Shown here piece by piece: positions 16,964 through 24,494 of a stretch of 26,649 bases of DNA. Position numbers and translations under genes: made by a program. Within the stretch, counting starts at the first letter, position 1, and each line of letters starts with the position of its first letter. The notes below the pieces were generated by a model. The model was given only the letters and a program-made list of their open reading frames with translations, did not search any database and was not told the DNA's origin. The stretch lies in the IMG/VR virus record IMGVR_UViG_3300037418_002962, positions 1-26,649 of that record; one strand, given 5' to 3'. This stretch comes from a virus (lineage: Duplodnaviria; Heunggongvirae; Uroviricota; Caudoviricetes).

Positions 16964-17387
16964 CGTCTACATAACAAATTTGTTGGCCCCTAGGATATCC
17001 ACCAAGCCTAATAAAGGCTGGATAACCCCAACGGTTCAGATATCGTGCATAACAGACAGGTTCAAAAACATAACTGTCAATATATTCAACATCATTATCG
17101 TTAAGCTTCCAAACAGGAATTGGTAATAGACTCCATAGAACAATTTCACCAATCTTGTATTCGAAATCTTCTGCTGTATCATATACAACATAAAACTTTA
17201 CCTTCATTCCAAGATATGGAAGTGAAAGCATAAATGCCTCATCAGACAATCCACCTTTTCCAAGGTTAACTGAATTATTCATGAAACTAAGGAATTTGTC
17301 ATGAAGCTCATCATCTGTATAACCAGACAAAAGTTTGCCATGTTTCTTCCGAAGATTATCAATAAGTTTCTGATCTGCCCAATGCAT
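16941..17387 (-). CDS. hypothetical protein
   Basis: Start placed at ATG 17387, 6 nt after GGAGA. Confidence 0.65.
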   Translation of the reverse strand: MHWADQKLIDNLRKKHGKLLSGYTDDELHDKFLSFMNNSVNLGKGGLSDEAFMLSLPYLGMKVKFYVVYDTAEDFEYKIGEIVLWSLLPIPVWKLNDNDVEYIDSYVFEPVCYARYLNRWGYPAFIRLGGYPRGQQICYVDDEENRIY

Positions 17388-17411
17388 AGTCAATCTCCAA
17401 GTTAGGAGAGA

Positions 17412-17451
17412 AATTTAACAGGTTGACTTTTATATGTCAAGAGGCTATGAT
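17412..17451. promoter_or_regulatory. overlapping divergent sigma70-type promoters
   Basis: Minus: TTGACA(17440-17435)-17-TAAATT. Plus: TTGACT(17423-17428)-17-TATGAT. Confidence 0.65.
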
Positions 17452-17460
17452 AAAGAAACT

Positions 17461-17751
17461 TTATAGAGCTTCAATAGCCTGAAAAATTAATTCATTAGCA
17501 GTTTTTTCATCGAACTCATTAAGATACCCATAAGAATCTAGAGTACCTTCAACAACCTTTGCAACTACAAGTGGTAAATATAGTTCATATTCCCATCCTG
17601 AATTTCCAAAAGGATGTTTTCCAGAAAAGCCTTCTCCTTCAGCCCATAAAGTGTAGATGAGGCTTTTAAGATAATCTTTGATGGTTTTTGCTTTAATGTC
17701 ATTGTGACACATCTTGATTTTAAGAATGTCCTTGCCAGTTAATTGATTCAT
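17461..17751 (-). CDS. conserved phage hypothetical protein
   Basis: LW.EGEGFSGK.PFGNSGWEYELY.PL; GGAG RBS. Confidence 0.75.
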   Translation of the reverse strand: MNQLTGKDILKIKMCHNDIKAKTIKDYLKSLIYTLWAEGEGFSGKHPFGNSGWEYELYLPLVVAKVVEGTLDSYGYLNEFDEKTANELIFQAIEAL

Positions 17752-17805
17752 ATATTCTCCATTTTAATAAAATTTTATTTTTACAGATTCTATTAAATTA
17801 AACAT

Positions 17806-17902
17806 AATGCTTCGCATTTAGTCCTTCGGACTATTACTTTATTGATCTAATTATCCATTGATATTATATATAGAAGATACTTAAAGAAAACATAAAGTAA
17901 TA
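17806..17902. repeat. tandem triloop hairpins plus an 11-bp inverted repeat (origin-like)
   Basis: AATGC-TTC-GCATT, TAGTCC-TTC-GGACTA, TATTACTTTAT/ATAAAGTAATA. Confidence 0.7.
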
Positions 17903-17925
17903 TAGTATTTCATTCGGACAGATTC

Positions 17926-17953
17926 ATTATACAGGCTTTAAAAAACCTGTCAA
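17926..17953 (-). promoter_or_regulatory. consensus sigma70 promoter
   Basis: TTGACA-16 bp-TATAAT. Confidence 0.75.
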
Positions 17954-17979
17954 GAGCATTTTGGGGTATAAGACAATTT

Positions 17980-19023
17980 TTATTTAGAAAAGTAGTCTAC
18001 CCAAATTTTTTCTGATTCTCTATTATACTTTTCAAGACCCTTGAGAGAACGGTTCAGCCATGGACAATTTTTTGACATCCAATATGCTCTTTTCATTTTA
18101 CAAAGGATATCAATAGGATCTGTTGGATCAGCATGGAGAAGATTTTCATTCCAGAAAATTTCAGAAGAGGTTACAACGGGAATTCCTTGTGCTAGGAAAT
18201 CGGCTGTACATATATTAAATGTCTCGCTGAAGGACACTTGCATACCGAGATCTAATTTAGCAATGATTTCGTGATAATTCGGATTCCACTCATGTTCAAC
18301 AAGATTAAAATCCTTGAATGGCTCAAAGAGTGCTCTAAGATTTTTTAGAATTGGTGAACCACCACCTTCAATCCTGGTAGCATTGATATGGAAATTCATT
18401 GGCTTCCCTACCCATCTGGCAAAATCGATAGCAGCAATGGCTTGCATTAGATGATTCTTTAAAGGTCTGATTGCTCCAAAACATCCAATATCAATGACAG
18501 GTCCAGAAAATTTATTTTTCTGCATTTTAACCTTGTCAATTGGGTAATAATTTGGTAGATATGTTACGTTTCTTGGATAACCGAATTTTGCCTCAGATAG
18601 CATTGCCATTTGCTCTGCTGCTCTTGGGGCATTCGAAGCAACAATCACGTTATCATATGCAAGATATTTTAATGTCCATTCCATTGCAATTCCCTCATTG
18701 GCGAGGAAGGGAATTTCAGAATGGTTACGAATAACCCATTTAACTTTTGGTAATACTCTCTTTAGTTCCGCAAATTTTTCTGCAACAACCCAATAAGCTT
18801 CAACAATAACAATATTTGCTCCAAATTCTACAACTTCTTTATGAATTTTATTATTATCTGCACAATGAACCAACTTGCTTTCGATTCCATTTTTGTTTAG
18901 CATATCACACATGAACCTTGCAGAATTATAAAGTCCACTGTGTAGAGGAATTCCTGAATAGGAATAATCATTACACCAAGAATTTTCGCGATACTTTAAA
19001 ACAAATAGAACCTTATTAGCCAT
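17980..19023 (-). CDS. GT-B fold glycosyltransferase (GT4-like)
   Basis: IGCFGAIRPLKN, DLGMQVSFSETFNICTAD, GIPVVTS; GAGG RBS. Confidence 0.82.
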   Translation of the reverse strand: MANKVLFVLKYRENSWCNDYSYSGIPLHSGLYNSARFMCDMLNKNGIESKLVHCADNNKIHKEVVEFGANIVIVEAYWVVAEKFAELKRVLPKVKWVIRNHSEIPFLANEGIAMEWTLKYLAYDNVIVASNAPRAAEQMAMLSEAKFGYPRNVTYLPNYYPIDKVKMQKNKFSGPVIDIGCFGAIRPLKNHLMQAIAAIDFARWVGKPMNFHINATRIEGGGSPILKNLRALFEPFKDFNLVEHEWNPNYHEIIAKLDLGMQVSFSETFNICTADFLAQGIPVVTSSEIFWNENLLHADPTDPIDILCKMKRAYWMSKNCPWLNRSLKGLEKYNRESEKIWVDYFSK

Positions 19024-19039
19024 TAAAACAACCTCACTT

Positions 19040-19077
19040 AAAAAATGGAAGCCACAGAAAAATATTCCATGGCTTCC
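19040..19077 (-). terminator. intrinsic terminator-like hairpin in the glycosyltransferase leader
   Basis: GGAAGCCAUGGAA/UUCUGUGGCUUCC 13-bp stem (2 G-U) followed by AUUUUUU. Confidence 0.65.
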
Positions 19078-19133
19078 GGGTTCATCCTCGCCATTAAGCC
19101 ATTATTTGTTTTATTATTAGAGGCTTACAGAGA

Positions 19134-19141
19134 TATTTATA
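19134..19141 (-). promoter_or_regulatory. T4-type late promoter
   Basis: TATAAATA. Confidence 0.7.
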
Positions 19142-19158
19142 ATTCCTTGAAATAGCTA

Positions 19159-19187
19159 TTGACATTTCTTTAAGAATAAATTATGAT
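19159..19187 (+). promoter_or_regulatory. sigma70-type promoter
   Basis: TTGACA-17 bp-TATGAT. Confidence 0.75.
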
Positions 19188-19197
19188 ATTTTTGTGG

Positions 19198-19205
19198 TAT
19201 AAATA
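19198..19205 (+). promoter_or_regulatory. T4-type late promoter
   Basis: TATAAATA. Confidence 0.7.
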
Positions 19206-19214
19206 ATTTACTTA

Positions 19215-19276
19215 TTTGACTCTGAGTTGCGGGGTGGAGCAGTCTGGTAGCTCGTTGCAACTCAGAGCCAGATTTT
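19215..19276 (+). ncRNA. hairpin RNA containing the 5' ~30 nt of an initiator tRNA-Met (not a complete tRNA)
   Basis: TGCGGGGTGGAGCAGTCTGGTAGCTCGTTG enclosed by the perfect stem CTCTGAGTTGC/GCAACTCAGAG; no anticodon, T-arm or CCA follows. Confidence 0.6.
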
Positions 19277-19297
19277 CACTATAAGAAAGTTTAAACA

Positions 19298-19588
19298 ATG
19301 AATATAAATGAACGTCAAAAATGGTTCAATGACAATAAAGAATTTTTCATTGATGGATATCTTACTCAAAGATATTTAAATGGTGATATTCCAGATTATT
19401 CTCTTAACAAGAAGGAAACTAAAATGAATTATGCCCCTTATTCTGAGGAACAGTTAAAGGAACGTGAAAAGTCCATGACAATTGTTCCAGAACTTGAATA
19501 TATTTGTAAATCTTGCAATGATACTGGTGTTATCACCAGAGAAGGCAAGGAATATGCCTGTAAAAATTGCAAGATTTATGAAGACTGA
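19298..19588 (+). CDS. hypothetical protein with C-terminal zinc finger
   Basis: CKSC...CKNC; an internal AAGGA-ATG (MNYAPY) may be the real start. Confidence 0.55.
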   Translation: MNINERQKWFNDNKEFFIDGYLTQRYLNGDIPDYSLNKKETKMNYAPYSEEQLKEREKSMTIVPELEYICKSCNDTGVITREGKEYACKNCKIYED

Positions 19589-19590
19589 GA

Positions 19591-19827
19591 ATGCATAACG
19601 GAATTGATGAAAATTCCCCATTAGAAACACGGGTTACACCATGGAAACTTCTTTGGTGGGAAGATCCAACTTATTCTCATGTTAGAATTTGGGCCAAGAA
19701 TACTCAGTTCGGAGTTTTTCAAAGGCATGAATGGAAATATTATGATGGTACTACTTTTATGGAACAGTGGATTCCAAGTATTAAGGCATGGCCTGTAGGT
19801 GCAAAGAAGGTAGAAAATGATGAGTAG
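19591..19827 (+). CDS. hypothetical protein
   Basis: Packed plus-strand ORF. Confidence 0.6.
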   Translation: MHNGIDENSPLETRVTPWKLLWWEDPTYSHVRIWAKNTQFGVFQRHEWKYYDGTTFMEQWIPSIKAWPVGAKKVENDE

Positions 19828-19999
19828 AGAATTAATATTGTGTGATAGATGTAAAGGTGATGGTAAAATTTATTGGGATGAACTTGTAGATTATCATAAA
19901 GGTTTATATGATTACCATTCTAAGGAATGTGATTTTTGTGAGGGTAAGGGAAGAGTTTATAAAATCACAACAATTACTTATGAAAAAATGAAAGATTGA
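19817..19999 (+). CDS. DnaJ-like zinc-finger protein
   Basis: CDRCKGDG and CDFCEGKG. Confidence 0.7.
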   Translation: MMSRELILCDRCKGDGKIYWDELVDYHKGLYDYHSKECDFCEGKGRVYKITTITYEKMKD

Positions 20000-20781
20000 T
20001 TATGCACTGGATTTTACAAGATACTTTCCAGAATGAGCCAGAGCAGCAGGAAATGATTGAAATCCTGGAGAAGCTTGATATCCCTTATTCTGTCCATAAG
20101 GTTGTTCCGTTCGTTGGTGAACTTATTCCAACTCCAGATCTTACTACAAATAATGTAGTCTGTTTTGGTTCGTATTCCATGAGGCGTGTTGCAAAAGAGT
20201 ACGGATGGACTCCAGGTGTATTTGATCTTTTTGAGCATAACTTCCTGAAGCAGAAAGAGCATTGGAGAAAGCTTATGTTGAATTATGATTCAAAGGTCTA
20301 TCCTTTCAAGGATGTGCCAGAATTTTATTCCCCATATTTTATCCGTCCTATTGAGGATACGAAATATTTTGCAGGCAAGCTTTTCAATCCTGATGAGTTT
20401 CAGGAGTGGCAACATAACGTTTGTGAGCTTAAACTTGATTATGGGAATTCTCTGAAGCCAGAAACATTAGTGCAGGTTTCAAAGCCAAAGGAAATTTATT
20501 CAGAGTACCGTTTCTGGATTGTTAATGGTAAGATCGTAACTGCTTCACTTTATAAAAGAGGTAGTAGAATTATCTATGATTCAGAGGTTGGTGAAAAATT
20601 TCATGATTTTGTTAGGATGGCAATTAATATCTGGCAACCTGACAAAGCTTTTGTGATTGATGTTTGTGATACTCCAGAAGGACTAAGGATTGTTGAAATC
20701 AACACCATCAATGCATCTGGATATTATGCTGCAGATATCTACAAGCTTGTAGAGGCTTTTGAAAGGAACTTTAATGAATAA
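19996..20781 (+). CDS. ATP-grasp domain protein, R2K clade (DUF4343-like)
   Basis: FIRP...K.F.G, EYRFWIVNGKIV, FVIDV...IVEINTINASG. Confidence 0.85.
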   Translation: MIMHWILQDTFQNEPEQQEMIEILEKLDIPYSVHKVVPFVGELIPTPDLTTNNVVCFGSYSMRRVAKEYGWTPGVFDLFEHNFLKQKEHWRKLMLNYDSKVYPFKDVPEFYSPYFIRPIEDTKYFAGKLFNPDEFQEWQHNVCELKLDYGNSLKPETLVQVSKPKEIYSEYRFWIVNGKIVTASLYKRGSRIIYDSEVGEKFHDFVRMAINIWQPDKAFVIDVCDTPEGLRIVEINTINASGYYAADIYKLVEAFERNFNE

Positions 20782-21616
20782 TTTCTTTACATTTATATCC
20801 TTTATATTGGTTTACTTTGCCGTTTGCAACTCTATACATGTGACCACTATGTAAATTATTTTCCCGACAAAATTGTTTCATATTAGTTACAATAAACGGA
20901 GAACTATCAAAATAAGTAAATTCGTATATTTTACAAACTTTTTCTAACTTAAATCCCATAGTTTGGGACCTAGGAACTCCTTCTTCTTTATACCATATTA
21001 ACCAGTTTTCAGTTGATCCTTTAGAAATCCTTCCAGATGTTAATTTTAAACTTATTGTACAATAAGATATTTTATGTTCTTTACAAAATTTCTCTAAGCT
21101 TCCATTAACTTCATATTCTATACCATCAGGAGATTTTAAACAAATTATTTTTGCAGAAGGATTGTTTTCACCACATACTAAGGGATTATCTAATCGCCAT
21201 GCACTAATCTTTGCTTTTGTTTCTGGAGTTCTATGTTTTCCATATAAGTAATGATTTTCTCCTGTTTTTTGGAATTTTGATGGTCCTATTCCGCCATCTA
21301 ATCCATTTTCAAGAATTAAATTTGCCCACTCTTCTGATTCGGCAATATTATTCTCTTCCGAGAAATTTATAGCGAATTCTGTTAAAGATTTTTCATCAAT
21401 AAAAAGTTCATACCATAAAGTTGTAATATCACTACCATGAATTTTTAGATGTCTTTTCCAATATTTACCTGAACCTTTGTATTTTATTGGATCTTTTTTG
21501 GTTGTTTTGCCAAAATATTTTAGGCCAGTGATATTGTGTTGTTTTATATAAAGATAAGTAGGTATAAAATCAGAATTGTTGGCATTTGCGTTTTCAGATG
21601 TTAAATAAATATCCAT
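20771..21616 (-). CDS. GIY-YIG (Seg-like) homing endonuclease with NUMOD3-like and repeated HTH domains
   Basis: YLYIKQHNITGLKYFGKT, YKGSGKYW, YGKHRTPETKAKIS; start placed at ATG 21616 (MDIY). Confidence 0.88.
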   Translation of the reverse strand: MDIYLTSENANANNSDFIPTYLYIKQHNITGLKYFGKTTKKDPIKYKGSGKYWKRHLKIHGSDITTLWYELFIDEKSLTEFAINFSEENNIAESEEWANLILENGLDGGIGPSKFQKTGENHYLYGKHRTPETKAKISAWRLDNPLVCGENNPSAKIICLKSPDGIEYEVNGSLEKFCKEHKISYCTISLKLTSGRISKGSTENWLIWYKEEGVPRSQTMGFKLEKVCKIYEFTYFDSSPFIVTNMKQFCRENNLHSGHMYRVANGKVNQYKGYKCKEIIH

Positions 21617-21684
21617 TGTGAGAACTCCCTTAAAGTTTTTACCGTGGTTGGATGCTTCAACATCACGAACCACAAATATTTATA
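21605..21684 (-). promoter_or_regulatory. late promoter TATAAATA plus structured leader of GIY-YIG gene, copy 2
   Basis: Homologous to 9227-9306 with compensatory base changes. Confidence 0.8.
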
Positions 21685-21704
21685 GTTTTTAATAAAAATG
21701 GGAG

Positions 21705-21733
21705 TTGACTTCCATTCAGAATCCGTTTATAAG
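21705..21733 (+). promoter_or_regulatory. sigma70-type promoter
   Basis: TTGACT-17 bp-TATAAG. Confidence 0.55.
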
Positions 21734-21766
21734 TAAGGTCAATTCACTCCTAACAAGGATTTCAAA

Positions 21767-22075
21767 ATGTTGGTCAAAGTTTTCCATTGCGCTTTTGGTG
21801 ATAGAAACGTTCATGTAGCTACAGTTAGATGTGATACTCCATCTACCATGGAGGCTCTTGAAGTAGCTTATCGTTGGACACAGAACTTTGAAGATTCTTG
21901 GAGCATTAAGGATGGCAATCCTGATAATTCTGATGCTGTGACTATTGAGGCTCCTTTGCCTGTTTATGCAGGCAGGACTTATGGACTTCGTTCCACTTCG
22001 GTTGGTGATGAGATGGAAATTAATGGAGTTCGTTACGTTGTGGCTTCCTTTGGCTTCAAGAAGAAGGATTCTTAA
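21767..22075 (+). CDS. conserved phage protein (RSTSVGD motif)
   Basis: AYRWTQN..DSW...RSTSVGD...Y.VA.FGF; AAGGA RBS. Confidence 0.75.
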   Translation: MLVKVFHCAFGDRNVHVATVRCDTPSTMEALEVAYRWTQNFEDSWSIKDGNPDNSDAVTIEAPLPVYAGRTYGLRSTSVGDEMEINGVRYVVASFGFKKKDS

Positions 22076-22077
22076 AA

Positions 22078-22449
22078 GTGACTAAGAAAACTGTCACGGT
22101 TCCTGTAGGAACCCCTTATATGGATTCTCATTGTGGTATGCCATGGCTTAGAATTACTAATCAGGAACAGCTTGATTTATATTTAAATCTTCATGATATG
22201 ATTAAGGAGCTAAAGTTTCTTAATAAGAAGTACGGAAATGAGTATGAATCCCTTCATTTTCTTCCTGAAAATAATTGTGGATGTCGATATCAATGTACTT
22301 GTCATCCGTCTTATGTTCTTTGGGGAACACGCCTAGAAACTGATCTGGAATATGATTATAGATTAAAGGTGGAAAAGAGACAGCAAGACGATAGGGATGC
22401 TAGAGACAAGGCAGCATTTGAGCGTCTTAAGAAGCAATTTGGAGAATAA
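22078..22449 (+). CDS. hypothetical protein
   Basis: RLETD.EY..R...ERLKKQF C-terminus common in phage proteins. Confidence 0.7.
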   Translation: MTKKTVTVPVGTPYMDSHCGMPWLRITNQEQLDLYLNLHDMIKELKFLNKKYGNEYESLHFLPENNCGCRYQCTCHPSYVLWGTRLETDLEYDYRLKVEKRQQDDRDARDKAAFERLKKQFGE

Positions 22450-22683
22450 TTGATGGATATGAAAATTCAGAGCCTTGCTCATACAAATTTCCTTCCTGTG
22501 CCTGTTAAGCAGCATGTCAAGGCATTGACGAATGCTCTTGTTGATAACCATGTCTGGTATCAAATCAATAAGGATCTTGAAGGAGCTTATGAAAAGGCTG
22601 CACAAGATTGTGAATATTTGTTTGATGAGATTGATAGGGTTCTTAATCCCTTTTTGACAGGAGATGATCTATGTTTAAGTTAA
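22450..22683 (+). CDS. hypothetical protein
   Basis: GGAG RBS; packed ORF. Confidence 0.6.
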   Translation: MMDMKIQSLAHTNFLPVPVKQHVKALTNALVDNHVWYQINKDLEGAYEKAAQDCEYLFDEIDRVLNPFLTGDDLCLS

Positions 22684-22986
22684 TTGATAATTATAGAGTT
22701 TAAAATGAATGTTTTGCCTTTGCTTTGGGTTTTATGTGGCATTTTAGCAGCATTAATTAGTTGGCCTTTAAATAAATTAATTAATGGTTGTTATCCTTGT
22801 CCAACTGTTCGTGAATTTATAGAAATGGTTTGTTTCGGACCATTATTCCTTTTAGCAATAATATTTTCAATTATTGCATTTTTTGTTTTAAGGTTACTAG
22901 AAAAATCACAATTTTTAATTAACAGAATTAATAAATTACTATCCATAAAAATTTGTGATATTTTTCGGATTAAAAGTAATGCGTGA
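22684..22986 (+). CDS. small membrane protein
   Basis: Two hydrophobic helices, FGP motif; probably starts at the internal MNVL. Confidence 0.6.
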   Translation: MIIIEFKMNVLPLLWVLCGILAALISWPLNKLINGCYPCPTVREFIEMVCFGPLFLLAIIFSIIAFFVLRLLEKSQFLINRINKLLSIKICDIFRIKSNA

Positions 22987-23170
22987 TTATCGCACAGACC
23001 TTGATTATCAGAGACAGGAAAGGTTAGCAGCAAAACAAGCTGTATGTGACCACTCTTGGAGTTATAATGGAAATAATTCCAGAACTAAACGACCACCAAG
23101 AAGTATTCGTTGGTGTCCTAAATGTATGGCAGTTCAACAACTTATAAAGGATAAAAATGACTGTATTTGA
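22979..23170 (+). CDS. zinc-finger hypothetical protein
   Basis: CDHSW...CPKC; start placed at ATG 22979. Confidence 0.55.
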   Translation: MRDYRTDLDYQRQERLAAKQAVCDHSWSYNGNNSRTKRPPRSIRWCPKCMAVQQLIKDKNDCI

Positions 23171-24494
23171 AATTATTGATTTAATCTCTAAGACTGCTTC
23201 AAGAAACGAAAAGCAGGCAATTCTTGAACGTAATAAGAATAATAAAACTCTACAGAGAGTTATCCGTCTTGCTTATGATCCAATGACAGTGTTCTATATC
23301 AAGAAAATTCCTGAATATACTCCAGTTCCAATTGATGTTATGGGGAGTTCTCTTGATGATGCTCTAGATAAACTCTCAAAGCTTTCTGATAGAACTTATA
23401 CAGGCCATGCAGGTATTGAATATTTAAAGGAAATCTTACAAAGTCTTTATACTGAGGATGCAATTCTTATTGAAAGAATTATTGGTAAGGATCTTAGAGC
23501 AGGATTTTCTGAGAGCACAGCCAACAAAATTTGGAAAGGGTTGGTTCCAGAATGGCCTGTTATGCTAGCAACTCCTTTTGATCAAAAATATGTTGATAAA
23601 CTTGAATGGCCTTGTGTTGCACAACATAAACTTGATGCAATGCGAGTAAATGCTGTTATTGTTGATGGACAAATTCAATTTAGAAGTAGGAATGGAAAAA
23701 TTCTAGAAATTCCCGGTCCAATTAATACAGAACTTTTAATTATGGCAAATAATTTAAAAGAAAATATCGTATATGATGGAGAAGTTTGGGTATGTGATGA
23801 AAAAGATCATACAAAACCTGCAGTTCGTGAGATAAGTAATGGAGTGCTTTTGAAAAGCCAGAAAGGCACATTAAGTAAACTTGAGGCTGATACTATCAGA
23901 ATGACACTGTGGGATAGAATCAATTATGATGATTTTATCAAGGGAGAATCTAAAGTAAAATATGGTTATCGTTGGAACATCCTTATTGATGATTATAAGA
24001 CATTGGCAGATTCTCATTTAAACAACCGTATATTTCTTGTAAAACAACATTTTGTTAAGAATATAGACGAAACTCAAAAGATTTTTCAAAATTATCTTGA
24101 GGAAGGTCAAGAAGGAATTATTCTGAAGGATCTTACCTCTATCTGGCAAGATAAGAGATCTAAGAAACAAATTAAATTTAAAGCAGAGAATACTGCTGAT
24201 CTAATTTGTACTGGTTTCTTTTTTGGCGATAAAGGAAAGGAAAATGAATTTCGATTAGGTAGATTACAGTTTGAAAGCTCTGATGGAAAAATTAAAACTC
24301 TTATTGGAACTGGATTTTCAGATAAACAGAGAGATGAATTAACAGAAGAAAATACTTTAGGTACAATTTGGGAGGTTGTTTACAATTCACGTATAACTGA
24401 TAAAAAAACAGGGCAAGAAGCTTTATTTCTTCCTAGGGTAATTTGTCAAAGATGGGATAAAGTTAAAGCAGATCATTCAAAGGATATTAAATAA
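23157..24494 (+). CDS. gp30: ATP-dependent DNA ligase (T4 gp30-like)
   Basis: Motif I KLDAMR, SRNGK, YDGEV, EGIILK, WQDKRSK..IKFK, GTGFSD, LFLP. Confidence 0.95.
   Translation: MTVFEIIDLISKTASRNEKQAILERNKNNKTLQRVIRLAYDPMTVFYIKKIPEYTPVPIDVMGSSLDDALDKLSKLSDRTYTGHAGIEYLKEILQSLYTEDAILIERIIGKDLRAGFSESTANKIWKGLVPEWPVMLATPFDQKYVDKLEWPCVAQHKLDAMRVNAVIVDGQIQFRSRNGKILEIPGPINTELLIMANNLKENIVYDGEVWVCDEKDHTKPAVREISNGVLLKSQKGTLSKLEADTIRMTLWDRINYDDFIKGESKVKYGYRWNILIDDYKTLADSHLNNRIFLVKQHFVKNIDETQKIFQNYLEEGQEGIILKDLTSIWQDKRSKKQIKFKAENTADLICTGFFFGDKGKENEFRLGRLQFESSDGKIKTLIGTGFSDKQRDELTEENTLGTIWEVVYNSRITDKKTGQEALFLPRVICQRWDKVKADHSKDIK

Noticed and set aside
19228-19300. Complete tRNA-Met gene
   Set aside because: Only the acceptor 5' strand and D-arm are present; no CAT anticodon loop, TTC T-loop or 3' acceptor strand follows in the window.
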